From IMG/VR virus record IMGVR_UViG_3300037448_000016, positions 13,935-77,934 of that record: a stretch of DNA of 64,000 bases; one strand, written 5' to 3'. Source of the DNA: a virus. Its lineage: Duplodnaviria > Caudoviricetes. The notes under the pieces were generated by a model that was not told where the DNA came from, did no database searches, and saw only the letters and a list, made by a program, of their open reading frames with translations. The position numbers and the translations under genes are program-made. Shown here one piece after another: positions 1-8,790 of this stretch. The stretch's first letter is position 1, and every line of letters starts with the position of its first letter.

Positions 1-97
1 CCGCGTTGCGCGGGGCCTCGTCGATCCACCGGCTGATCGCCACCAAGGACGTGGCGGCAACCGTCGCGGGGGCCTGGTCATACGTCGGGTAGTTCAT
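1..97 (-). CDS. Hypothetical protein (N-terminal part; runs off window)
   Basis: ATG at 95-97 overlaps the stop of the upstream gene (ATGA); reads MNYPTYDQAP... Confidence 0.5.
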   Translation of the reverse strand, partial: MNYPTYDQAPATVAATSLVAISRWIDEAPRNA

Positions 98-327
98 GGT
101 CGTCCTCCTAGGTACGGGGTGAGGCTGACGTCCACTCCGCTGTTGTCCGCCCGGCGGCGAGCCTGCTCGGTGATGAACTGGACTTGATCGAGTTGATCTG
201 GCGTGCTGTCGCTGGAGATCGTCAGGTAATCGGCGATCTCCCGGTCGGTTATCCCTGGAGAGAACTCTCGGTGACCATCCAGCCATCGAGCAGCCGCCCG
301 CAGTAGGTCGATCCGTTCGGGCGTCAT
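94..327 (-). CDS. Hypothetical phage protein
   Basis: 77-aa ORF coupled by ATGA overlaps on both sides. Confidence 0.65.
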   Translation of the reverse strand: MTPERIDLLRAAARWLDGHREFSPGITDREIADYLTISSDSTPDQLDQVQFITEQARRRADNSGVDVSLTPYLGGRP

Positions 328-527
328 TCGTCCTCCAACGGTCCGTACAGGTCAGGGAACTCGCGCCGGTTGCGCTCGTTATCGGGTCTGGTCTCCAGCC
401 ACATCTGTCCCAGACGCTGCTCCATCGCGGCCTGGTTCCAGAGGACCCGGATGGGGGTCTCCTCGGCGAGGCGAACCGCGTCTTCCAGCATGGCATTGTC
501 GATGTACTCGGTGGTTGGGTCGCTCAC
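324..527 (-). CDS. Hypothetical phage protein
   Basis: GTG start at 527 overlaps the nuclease stop (GTGA); 67 aa. Confidence 0.6.
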   Translation of the reverse strand: MSDPTTEYIDNAMLEDAVRLAEETPIRVLWNQAAMEQRLGQMWLETRPDNERNRREFPDLYGPLEDE

Positions 528-1705
528 AGGACGACACCTCCATTGTCCATCGCGTTGCAAATGGTGCTGGCGTATTTCAGCAGCGCGCCGTCGTTGTCCG
601 TCCAGTCCGGGACCGGGTGCTGACGGTACAACTGGCGGATCTGATCGGACGTCGTGCAGGCGTCGATCATCTGGTACAGGTCCGGCGCCGGGGTGAACGG
701 GGACAGCCAGTTCTTGATGTTGCGGTGGTCTTTCACGGCTGGGACTGTCTCCACGGCGGCCTTGTACCCCTTGGCGATGTCGGTCCAGATCGCCTGGCCA
801 TGACCGGTACCGGCCGGGAGCGAGAGAGTGATGGCCAGGTGCGGGCAGACGTCAGGGATGTCGTACCGGGTCGCGCCGAGACCATCAGCCCACGGAACGT
901 ACTGCTTGCCGTGTGCGTAGATCGCTTCCTGCACACCCCACGACGCACCGTTCCACTGCACGGACTCGTTCTTTCCGGACTTCAGGTCACCGACGTAATG
1001 CCGCCGTCCGCACTGCTCGCCGGTCTTCTCGTTGATCACCATCAGGCACGGCCTGTACTTCCACAGCCGGTCGAATGTCCCTGCGAGCCGGACGTGATCG
1101 TGGTAGCCCCACTTGTTCAACAGTGGGCTGCCATCCTTGTCGAACCGGGGCTCGTCGAACGCGACGAAGCATTCCACTCCCGGCCGCCCGTCCGGCATGG
1201 TGGCGATCTCGAAGTACTGGGTGAGCCGCTTCCACGCTTCCAGGTCCGCCCGGAAGTCGTCACCCGGATCGACGGGCAGGCCGAGATCCCAGCGCTCGGT
1301 GATCGTGTGCAGCGCGGTGCCGACCCGGTCGGCCGAACTCACGATGCCCTTAGCCTTCTCGTACAGTTCGTTGTGCTTGCGCTTGGAGTCGCTGTCCTGT
1401 TCGGACGGGCCCAGCGCGGACCGCTCGGCTCGCAGCGCCTTGGACTGGTCACCGTAGTCGAGCATCGCCGAAACCACCATGCGCACCTCCCATTTGGAGA
1501 GGTTCGTGGTGTCCTCGACTTTCTTGCCGTGCGAAGAGGGACGACCGTAGAAGATCGCCTTGGAGCCGTCCGGCAGCCAGATCTTCGGCCGCCCGTCTTT
1601 CGGGTTGCGATGGACCGTGATCGAGTCTTCCACCCGGGGTGGCCGCTCGTATCCGTTCACCTGGGAGGCCGTAGCGTTGTCCCAGTCGTCGCGCAGTTTT
1701 GTCAT
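524..1705 (-). CDS. PD-(D/E)XK (Cas4/RecB-like) phage exonuclease
   Basis: VGTALH, LAGTFDRL, VGDLKSG and Q-x-x-x-Y (VQEAIYAHG) motifs. Confidence 0.8.
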   Translation of the reverse strand: MTKLRDDWDNATASQVNGYERPPRVEDSITVHRNPKDGRPKIWLPDGSKAIFYGRPSSHGKKVEDTTNLSKWEVRMVVSAMLDYGDQSKALRAERSALGPSEQDSDSKRKHNELYEKAKGIVSSADRVGTALHTITERWDLGLPVDPGDDFRADLEAWKRLTQYFEIATMPDGRPGVECFVAFDEPRFDKDGSPLLNKWGYHDHVRLAGTFDRLWKYRPCLMVINEKTGEQCGRRHYVGDLKSGKNESVQWNGASWGVQEAIYAHGKQYVPWADGLGATRYDIPDVCPHLAITLSLPAGTGHGQAIWTDIAKGYKAAVETVPAVKDHRNIKNWLSPFTPAPDLYQMIDACTTSDQIRQLYRQHPVPDWTDNDGALLKYASTICNAMDNGGVVL

Positions 1706-1717
1706 AGGCTCATTGTC

Positions 1718-2128
1718 TCACTGACCGCCGACAATCGGCATCGATCCGGTCTCGGCGAAAGGGTCACGTCCCGCTACTCGCGCAAGGTATTCCGCTTCGC
1801 GTACCCGCTGCTCGTCGTGGGTCCGCCACGCCGTGGAGGACAGATGCGCGACGTCGATCCAGTGCTTCTCCCCCTCCATTTCCACGAGGGTCCGGCGGCG
1901 GAATTCGGCGAGCGTCCAGATGCGCATCACGCCCCTCCGGTTGCCCCGCAGCCAGAGTTCGGCACCTTCGTAGTGCCGGAATTTTGCCACGATCCGCAGG
2001 CCGATCGGGTAGGCGTCCTCCACCACGACCCAGGTGCGATGGGCGTCATCCTTGAACGCCTGCAAGGCATCGACCCAGCGGTGCCAGTAGACACGGTGCT
2101 TCACGTGCTGCCTCCACAGGAGCCTCAT
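1718..2128 (-). CDS. Hypothetical phage protein
   Basis: 136-aa ORF in operon with a 4-nt overlap. Confidence 0.6.
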   Translation of the reverse strand: MRLLWRQHVKHRVYWHRWVDALQAFKDDAHRTWVVVEDAYPIGLRIVAKFRHYEGAELWLRGNRRGVMRIWTLAEFRRRTLVEMEGEKHWIDVAHLSSTAWRTHDEQRVREAEYLARVAGRDPFAETGSMPIVGGQ

Positions 2129-2418
2129 CCTTTCAGCCCCAGTCTGCGGCGGACCTTCTGGAGCGCTGTCCAGCGTTCGATGCCGACGTTCCTGTGGTTG
2201 CTGTAGTCCTCCAGCATGGAGATGGCCAGCGCGTCGGCCGTGCGGAAGTCGTTGAAGTCAGTGACCATCTTGGTCACCGCCTCGGTGCTCATCGAGACGG
2301 ATTCGGGCTGCGTCTCAGGCCAGATGATCCGCAACTGGCCGGTGTCGGTGTTGCGCTGGATGATCGGCGTGCCGTCCGGCGGAACCTCGGGGGGAGGCTT
2401 GTTCTTTCGCGTTGTCAT
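2125..2418 (-). CDS. Hypothetical phage protein
   Basis: Start MTTRKNK with GGAG RBS, downstream of the promoter at 2459-2488. Confidence 0.6.
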   Translation of the reverse strand: MTTRKNKPPPEVPPDGTPIIQRNTDTGQLRIIWPETQPESVSMSTEAVTKMVTDFNDFRTADALAISMLEDYSNHRNVGIERWTALQKVRRRLGLKG

Positions 2419-2458
2419 CGGCTGCTCCAATGGGGTGGACACGGATCGTCGAGACTCC

Positions 2459-2490
2459 ATTGTCCACCCCTTGACAGCAAGTTGTCAACT
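2459..2490 (-). promoter_or_regulatory. Sigma70-type promoter of the repeated family
   Basis: TTGACA-18 bp-GACAAT on the minus strand. Confidence 0.6.
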
Positions 2491-4763
2491 CACGTGGCGT
2501 ACGGTTCCGGCACCGGATCGGCAGCGTTCCGGACGCCACCACCCTTGATCTTCAGTCCCACCACGAACCACGTTCCGGACGACTTCACCCGATGGAAGCC
2601 AGCGTTTTCCAGGCGGGAGTAGAACTCCCCGGCTCTCAGGCGGCCGTTCCCGTTGCGGTCGGCCCACATCTTGTAGGTCGAGTAGCAGGTGGTCTGTAAC
2701 TCCCGGTGGTCTTCGGTGAGCGTGCATTCCTCTTCGACCCACTGCCGAACCTGGTCTATCTTCGTAGCGAAATCCGCCTCGCCCTGGGCCACTTCGCCTT
2801 CGGACTTGAAGTTACGCCGGACCATCAGGACCCGGAGCGCCTCCACGGCGCGGGCGGCGACGGCCGGGAGTTCGGCGGCCAACTTGTCGTCCAGATCGGG
2901 ATCGACTTCGGAGTCGGTGATCTGGCGGTCGAACTTGATGATCTTCCAGCGGCGCAGGTAGCCGAATGACGTGTCGGCCGAACCCGGGGCCTTGTTCGCG
3001 CTGAACATCGGTACGGCCCAGCACGTGTAGCGGAACGACTGACGGTGTTTCTCCTCAGCGTCGAGCATGTCGCCGCCGGTGAGTTTCTTGAACTTGCCGG
3101 TGTTCTCCTGGAACGTGGGGTCGATGTCCCCGGCCAGGTTGGCGATCCGGCCGAACAGGCTGGCAGCGGCGAACCGGTTGTTCGACAGCGAGTCCAGGTC
3201 CACGGCGGCGCAGTTCGCCGGGCCGAGCATGTGCTCGATCACCCGCATCAGCGTGCCTTTCCCGTTGCGCCCGTTGCCCAGCAGCATGAACGCCACCTGA
3301 AGCGGGTTGCCCGAGAACAGCATGTAGCCGAGCATTTCCCAGGTGTACTCGATGTAGTCGGGGGAGAGGATCTGGGACAGGAACTTGTCGAACAGCGGGG
3401 TGTCCTTGTCGCCCGTCCAGGCGAGCGGGAACTGCACGGTGGAGCCGAAATGCGGGGCGTGGTCGATGAGTTCCCCGGTACGCCAGTCCAGCATCCCGTT
3501 CGTGAAATTCATGTAGTCCGCGATCGGCTCGACGTTGATCTCGCCGGTGTAGTGCCGGACCATCGTGGCCGCGTTGGAGGCGTGGTTGCCCCGGAAGCGC
3601 GGGCCGAGCAGCCGGACGGTGCGGGCCTCGACGACGTGCGGGTCGGACTTCCAGACGCCGTTCTTGTACGACCAGAACCCGCCGTCGCGTCCCCACAGCA
3701 GCGGGCCCATGTCCATCGCGTCGCGGGCCAGCAGTTCGGCGTCGATCCCTTCCTTGCCGAAGTACTCGTCAGGCCGCCGTGGAGGCTGCCAGGACGTCGT
3801 CACGCTCACCGGCGCCGTGGTCTGCACGCTGGCTTTCTGGGCGGCGTCCTTGGCTGCGAGCCGCCCCTGCACCTCAGCCTTGCGCTTGACCGGATCGGTG
3901 GCCAGCGCCTGCGAGACGGCCCAGGCGATGACCCCCTTGAACTCGTTGCGGGGGAACCGGTCCCCGGCCATGTACGCCTCGAAATCCTGCCACAGACCGT
4001 CGATCACGGACTGGGCCGGGTAGTACCCGGCGCGGGCCTCGCGCATCCCCCAGACCGCTGCCCGGACCAGCGCCTCGTGCCGCGAGCCCCGGGCGTCGGT
4101 GCAGTCGTCCACGAACTTGGCCAGTACCGGCTTCAGCAGGTGGGCCATCTCGGAGTGGTTGTTCTCCGCGATGAAATCGGCCACCGTCTTGTCGTCGGCC
4201 ACGTCTTCGGCCCGCTGGCCGTTCGGGAGTTTCGATGAGATCTCCGGCGGCAGAACGGGAACCTCACCGGTGCGCACCCAGTGGTAACGCCCGTGGTCCT
4301 TGGTGTGGGCCGAAGGCGCGACGACGATGATGCCGTTGGTGCCGCGCACCTCACCGAATGCCTGCCCGAGTTCGCCCCGCCCGTTGCCGAGGACGCGCCC
4401 TTCCGGGACGGTGAAGATGTAGTGGCCCCGGCGCGGGTCGTTGTCCCGGGTGGACTGGAACGGCGCTGAGAGCAGGTGCGGAACAAGATCTTTCGGGAAG
4501 TCGTCCGGCGAGTCGACGTCCAGTGCCACGGCGCCGGACCGGCCGACGTGCAGGGCGAGCATCAGGTTGGTGCCCGCGAACCAGTCCGCGATCTCCATCG
4601 GATCGTTGGACGTCTTGTGCTGCCACTTGTTCCCGAGGATTTTCGCCGGGCGCTTCGTGTCGGGCTCGACGGGAAGCACGTACCAGCCAGCCCGCGCGTA
4701 AGCGATTGCGGCGGTGATGATATCGGCGTCGTCTGTGACCTCGGGAATGCGCAACGCTGTCAC
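2490..4763 (-). CDS. Bifunctional primase/polymerase (Prim-Pol) fused to D5/P4-type SF3 helicase
   Basis: N-terminal AIAYARAGWYVLPV...VALDVD...GHYIF...GIIVVAPSAH; C-terminal Walker A GNGRNGKG, KKLTGGD and AEEKH; winged-helix-like tail. Confidence 0.9.
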   Translation of the reverse strand: MTALRIPEVTDDADIITAAIAYARAGWYVLPVEPDTKRPAKILGNKWQHKTSNDPMEIADWFAGTNLMLALHVGRSGAVALDVDSPDDFPKDLVPHLLSAPFQSTRDNDPRRGHYIFTVPEGRVLGNGRGELGQAFGEVRGTNGIIVVAPSAHTKDHGRYHWVRTGEVPVLPPEISSKLPNGQRAEDVADDKTVADFIAENNHSEMAHLLKPVLAKFVDDCTDARGSRHEALVRAAVWGMREARAGYYPAQSVIDGLWQDFEAYMAGDRFPRNEFKGVIAWAVSQALATDPVKRKAEVQGRLAAKDAAQKASVQTTAPVSVTTSWQPPRRPDEYFGKEGIDAELLARDAMDMGPLLWGRDGGFWSYKNGVWKSDPHVVEARTVRLLGPRFRGNHASNAATMVRHYTGEINVEPIADYMNFTNGMLDWRTGELIDHAPHFGSTVQFPLAWTGDKDTPLFDKFLSQILSPDYIEYTWEMLGYMLFSGNPLQVAFMLLGNGRNGKGTLMRVIEHMLGPANCAAVDLDSLSNNRFAAASLFGRIANLAGDIDPTFQENTGKFKKLTGGDMLDAEEKHRQSFRYTCWAVPMFSANKAPGSADTSFGYLRRWKIIKFDRQITDSEVDPDLDDKLAAELPAVAARAVEALRVLMVRRNFKSEGEVAQGEADFATKIDQVRQWVEEECTLTEDHRELQTTCYSTYKMWADRNGNGRLRAGEFYSRLENAGFHRVKSSGTWFVVGLKIKGGGVRNAADPVPEPYAT

Positions 4764-5278
4764 TGGCCCTCCAGGGGGTAAGCGAAGGGAGCCACTGAGT
4801 GGAACTGGCGGGCCATCCGGATCGTCTGCCAGGTTCCGGAGCGCGCCGACTTCGGGTGGGCCTCAGGGTACTCCGGGAAGCCACAGAGCACGTTCGACCA
4901 GCGCACGATCTCCAGGTTGCGGTCGGCGTACGTCGTCCCTGGCGGCATGAACCGCACGGTGATCTTGGTGTCGTCCGGAACGGCGTCGCTTTCCCACCAC
5001 CGGATGACCCGGCTGATGCCGCTAGGCACCAGGATCAGGTGCGGCACGTGCGGGAAGACCTGGCTTAGCCAGAAACCGACGCGGTAGTCGATCCCGATGC
5101 AGGCTCCGGTGACGAAGCCTTTCGGGGTGCGCGGCAGCAGGGTGAGCCGGGCCTGGACGATCGCGGCGTGCTGCTCGTTCCTCAGGGGATCAAGACGTGA
5201 CCCACTCCACCCGATAATCAGGTCTCGTGGTGGGGGCCAGGCTTGACCACTAGATGTGGGGTCGTCAATACTACTCAC
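4760..5278 (-). CDS. SLOG/YspA-like (DprA-related Rossmannoid) protein
   Basis: IIGWSGSR, GFVTGACIGID, RNLEIV and RSGTWQTIRMA pattern. Confidence 0.6.
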   Translation of the reverse strand: MSSIDDPTSSGQAWPPPRDLIIGWSGSRLDPLRNEQHAAIVQARLTLLPRTPKGFVTGACIGIDYRVGFWLSQVFPHVPHLILVPSGISRVIRWWESDAVPDDTKITVRFMPPGTTYADRNLEIVRWSNVLCGFPEYPEAHPKSARSGTWQTIRMARQFHSVAPFAYPLEGQ

Positions 5279-5402
5279 AGCGGCTCCTCACAAGCCAAGC
5301 GGACCCTCATCAACCGGCAGGTGATGGGGGTCCGTACTTTTGTCCGGTCGGATGAACATACACCCGACCGGACCGACCAGGGATCCCTAGCGCATACTTT
5401 TC

Positions 5403-5675
5403 CTACGCGAGGACACCGTCCTGCTCGACCGGCTCCGGGACGTCTTCGCCGGTCATCAGCGCGACGCCAGCCGCGACCAGTTCGTCAAAGGTCTTGCCGC
5501 GCGGCACCTCGCCGTCGTTCGCACCCTGGGTCAAGCCGAAGGTGTGGTTGATCGCGAACCGCATGACAGCGGCCTTGGAGATGCCGAGTCGCTGGTCGAG
5601 CGCGTCGACCAGTTCGGTCTGGGTCTCAGTGCCCACGTAGGGGCGCTGGCTGGGGTAACGGCCACCGATAGCCAT
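5403..5675 (-). CDS. Ribbon-helix-helix-like DNA-binding protein
   Basis: AGGAGG RBS before MAIGG; beta strand YVGTET followed by LVDALDQRLGISKAAVMRFAI. Confidence 0.65.
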   Translation of the reverse strand: MAIGGRYPSQRPYVGTETQTELVDALDQRLGISKAAVMRFAINHTFGLTQGANDGEVPRGKTFDELVAAGVALMTGEDVPEPVEQDGVLA

Positions 5676-5721
5676 GTTGTCCTCCTGTGGACAGAGCGTT
5701 GTCGAGTGCTTGCAGGTCACA

Positions 5722-5757
5722 CCATAGTTGACGTCATGTCAACCTGTCAACTAGACT
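5722..5757. promoter_or_regulatory. Overlapping divergent promoters
   Basis: Minus: TTGACA-18-TATGGT. Plus: TTGACG-18-TAGACT. Confidence 0.7.
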
Positions 5758-5785
5758 GCACCTACGACGACACGAGGAGATGCAT

Positions 5786-5932
5786 ATGGACCCGAACGCC
5801 TGCCTGAAACGGCTGCGAGACGCCGTGAGCAACAGCGACAGCGAGGAGGCCGCCGAACTGCGCGCCGCCCTGCGCACCTGGGTGGGCCTCGGCGGCTTCG
5901 AGCCGTCCGACCGCACCTGGAGGGACGCCTGA
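5786..5932 (+). CDS. Small phage protein, MDPNA family (48 aa)
   Basis: GAGGAG RBS; MDPNACLKRLR...WVGLGGFEPSDRTWRDA; absent from the ORF track. Confidence 0.75.
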   Translation: MDPNACLKRLRDAVSNSDSEEAAELRAALRTWVGLGGFEPSDRTWRDA

Positions 5933-6090
5933 TGACCACCCTTCAGCGCGTCAACCGGTTGCTCCGCCAGGTCAAGGAAGCCCGCGCCAAGGGTCTCCAC
6001 AGCGAAGGTGACGCGCGGATGCGCGAACTGCATGACGTGGTCGAGGAGACCGGCGTCGAGCCCACCGACATCTACTGGAGGAAGGCATGA
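5932..6090 (+). CDS. Small hypothetical protein (52 aa)
   Basis: GGAGG RBS, TGATG overlap; ends EPTDIYWRKA. Confidence 0.7.
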   Translation: MTTLQRVNRLLRQVKEARAKGLHSEGDARMRELHDVVEETGVEPTDIYWRKA

Positions 6091-6236
6091 CCCCTGACGA
6101 GACCCTGGTCGAGATCCGCTGGTCGATGAAGGAAGGCTTCTTCGACTCCGCCGCGAACTTGCGGCGCATCCTGCGCGAAGGCGTCGAGTCCGGCGCGCTG
6201 CCCGAGCCGTCCGACCCCACCTGGAGGGAAGCGTGA
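6087..6236 (+). CDS. Small hypothetical protein (49 aa)
   Basis: GGAGG RBS, ATGA overlap; ends EPSDPTWREA. Confidence 0.7.
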   Translation: MTPDETLVEIRWSMKEGFFDSAANLRRILREGVESGALPEPSDPTWREA

Positions 6237-6547
6237 CCTTCCACAGCGCCGCCCAGGACATCCGCTCCAGCACGATCGTCCAACTGGACTACCAGACCCG
6301 CACGCTGATGAACGACCCCGATGCGGGTGAGTTCGTCGGCGGCAACAGTCCGGCCGTCGTCCAGACCGGACTGTCGGTGCTCAATGAGACGATGGACTGG
6401 TACGAGAAACTGGTGACCCAGACGCACAACGGCCGCCTTGCGCCGTATGCCGCACGCGACCTGCCGGAAGACGAGCAGGATGCTTACAAGAACGCCAAGC
6501 ACCAGTTGAAGGTGCTGAACGCACTGTACGGCCCGCAGAAAGCCTGA
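6233..6547 (+). CDS. Hypothetical phage protein
   Basis: 104-aa ORF, GTGA overlap, GGAGG RBS. Confidence 0.7.
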   Translation: MTFHSAAQDIRSSTIVQLDYQTRTLMNDPDAGEFVGGNSPAVVQTGLSVLNETMDWYEKLVTQTHNGRLAPYAARDLPEDEQDAYKNAKHQLKVLNALYGPQKA

Positions 6548-6583
6548 CCCAACGAGAGCCCAAAAGGCACAGGGAGCACGAAT

Positions 6584-7627
6584 ATGACTACCACTCGCAC
6601 CGAGAACCAGATCGACCACATCGCGCTCGTGGTCGATGCCTCCGGCTCCATGAGTCACCTGGCCCGCGACGTGATCAAGGTCGTGGACAACCAGATCGCC
6701 TACCTCGCCAGCCGTTCCAAGGATCTGGACCGCGAGGTGCGGGTCAGCGTCTACACCTTCGACGACACGGTGAAGTGCGTGATCTTCGACAAGGACGTGC
6801 TGCGGATGCCGTCTATCCGCGACCTCTACCGGATCGGCGGCATGACCGCGCTGATCGAGGCCACGATGAAGTCGCAGGAAGACCTGGCTACCACCAGCAC
6901 GATCTACGGTGATCACGCCTTCCTCACCTACGTCATCACGGACGGCGCCGAAAATGCCAGCCGTCATCGTCACGCCAGCCAGATGCGCTCCATGCTGGCC
7001 GGTCTCGCCGACAACTCGACGCTGGCCACGCTCGTGCCGGACCACCAGGCTGTCGATCGGGCCGTCCGGCTGGGTTTCCCGGCGGACAACATCGAGGTCT
7101 GGGACGCTTCATCCACGGCGGGGCTGGTGCGGGCTGGAAGCCGGATCCAGCAGGCGACCGACACCTGGATGGACAACCGCAGCAAGGGAATCCGCTCCAC
7201 GAAGACCCTGTTCTCCACCGGCCCAGAGGTACTGAACAAGGCCACCGTGACCGCCGCACTGACCCCGCTGCCGATGGACAAGTACTCGCTGATCCCGGTC
7301 ATGCCGGACGGCGTCCAGAAAGGCGACAAGGTCCGGGTCGACAAGTTCATCCGGGAAGACTGCGGCATGACCTTCAGGCTCGGCACGGTGTACTACGAGT
7401 GGAGCAAGAAGGAGACGGTGCAGCCGCAGAAGCGCCTGGCCGTCGTCCAGAAGTCCACGGGCAAGGTGTTCGTCGGCACCGGCGACGAGGTCCGGCAAAT
7501 GATCGGCCTGCCGTCCCTGAACACCCGCGAGGCTCCCAAGGCGAACCCGGACTTCACCGTGTTCGTCCAGTCGACCGCCCCGAACCGCAACCTGGTTCCG
7601 TTCACCAAGGTTCTGGTGATGCTCTGA
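6584..7627 (+). CDS. von Willebrand factor A (vWA) domain protein
   Basis: MIDAS motif HIALVVDASGSM, GMTAL and VITDGAEN. Confidence 0.85.
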   Translation: MTTTRTENQIDHIALVVDASGSMSHLARDVIKVVDNQIAYLASRSKDLDREVRVSVYTFDDTVKCVIFDKDVLRMPSIRDLYRIGGMTALIEATMKSQEDLATTSTIYGDHAFLTYVITDGAENASRHRHASQMRSMLAGLADNSTLATLVPDHQAVDRAVRLGFPADNIEVWDASSTAGLVRAGSRIQQATDTWMDNRSKGIRSTKTLFSTGPEVLNKATVTAALTPLPMDKYSLIPVMPDGVQKGDKVRVDKFIREDCGMTFRLGTVYYEWSKKETVQPQKRLAVVQKSTGKVFVGTGDEVRQMIGLPSLNTREAPKANPDFTVFVQSTAPNRNLVPFTKVLVML

Positions 7628-7791
7628 TGGCCAGCGAGTTGGCCTGGCAGGTCGCGGAACTGGAAGCGATCAAGCAGGCGACCGCCGTCGTCCGCAGCAA
7701 GATGACCCAGATCCGTCAGCGCAACTCAGGTGCCGACCCGATCAAGGTCAAGGTCGTTGACGTCGAACTGGATGTCCAGGTGGCCGGATGA
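7627..7791 (+). CDS. Small hypothetical protein (54 aa)
   Basis: TGATG and ATGA coupling; MASELAWQ... Confidence 0.6.
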   Translation: MASELAWQVAELEAIKQATAVVRSKMTQIRQRNSGADPIKVKVVDVELDVQVAG

Positions 7792-8291
7792 CCAAGGTGC
7801 ATTGGGCGACCGTCCAGATCGGAGACATTCTCCGGCTGGGCGGTTTCGCCTATGAGGTGATGGCCGAGGATCGCGTGGCCAACACGGTGACGGTGCGCAA
7901 GCCGGACGGCAGCCTGTTCACGAACGCCCGGCCTGACGCGCTGGTGGAGCGGATCTTCTCCGCCGAGGAGGCCATGTCGAACGCCGAGTCGGTCATCGTG
8001 ACCCGGCTCGGCGGGGTGGTGTCCGGCCGCCAGCGCGCCGACGGCTCGTGGACCATGCCGGAGTCGTACCCTGAGCCGGGTAGCCTGCTCGCGCACCTGA
8101 TGATCGGCCACGGGATCACCGAGTGGTCGGAGATCGATCCGGACGACGGTGGCACCGAGAGCCTGCGGGCCGTCACGAAATACCACGCCAGGAAGCACGA
8201 TCCGGGCGCCAAGCAGGGCGAAGGCTACCTGCCTCACGTCCACGACCCGCTATTCCTAGGGAGCACAGAACATGTCCGTCAGTCATCCTGA
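7788..8291 (+). CDS. Hypothetical phage protein
   Basis: 167-aa ORF in operon. Confidence 0.65.
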   Translation: MTKVHWATVQIGDILRLGGFAYEVMAEDRVANTVTVRKPDGSLFTNARPDALVERIFSAEEAMSNAESVIVTRLGGVVSGRQRADGSWTMPESYPEPGSLLAHLMIGHGITEWSEIDPDDGGTESLRAVTKYHARKHDPGAKQGEGYLPHVHDPLFLGSTEHVRQSS

Positions 8292-8559
8292 GTACGGGGC
8301 GCCGCCGATCGAGCGGCCCAACATGGAGAAGATCTGGGACAAGGCGCGGGCCGACGCGCGGGCGGAGGGTGCTCAGGAACGAGCCACCCTCCGCCGCGAA
8401 CTCCATCACCAGACGCTGACCTGGCTGGAGACGACCTTCCCCAAGACGAAACTCACGGTCGCTCAGAAGGATTCTCTGGCTGAGGTGTTCGGGCTGGGTC
8501 CAGTACCAGCCGGACTGAGCCCGGACTCAGACCCAGCAGGGCAATCTCGGCTTCCGTAA
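8272..8559 (+). CDS. Hypothetical phage protein
   Basis: 95-aa ORF with GGGAG RBS. Confidence 0.55.
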   Translation: MSVSHPEYGAPPIERPNMEKIWDKARADARAEGAQERATLRRELHHQTLTWLETTFPKTKLTVAQKDSLAEVFGLGPVPAGLSPDSDPAGQSRLP

Positions 8560-8782
8560 AGCCGTACTCCCGCAGGAACTTGCGCGCCCTGCCGGACACC
8601 TGACGTTTCGGGCAGCCGCCCTCGTGGATCGCCACGAGGGCGGCTGTTTTTTCTGCCTGGGCCACGGCGAGCCGGGCCTTCGCTTTCAGCACGGACAGTG
8701 CCGCAGCGGACAGCCGTTCCATCGGGCTCTGCTCGATCGGCCGGGTCGCGAAGTGTGGCGGTGGGGGCATCTTGTCGACCAT
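8453..8782 (-). CDS. Hypothetical protein, possible HTH; last gene of the T4SS operon
   Basis: TAGGAG RBS before MVDKMP; C-terminal FTEAEIALLGLSPGSVRLVL is HTH-like. Confidence 0.55.
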   Translation of the reverse strand: MVDKMPPPPHFATRPIEQSPMERLSAAALSVLKAKARLAVAQAEKTAALVAIHEGGCPKRQVSGRARKFLREYGFTEAEIALLGLSPGSVRLVLDPARTPQPENPSERP

Positions 8783-8790
8783 GGGTGCTC

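Noticed and set aside
524-1705. Cas4 as evidence of a CRISPR system
   Set aside because: A stand-alone PD-(D/E)XK nuclease in a replication operon is common in phages; no array or other cas genes
515-2206. 563-aa plus-strand ORF
   Set aside because: Antisense shadow of the nuclease operon, typical of high-GC DNA; no RBS or motif
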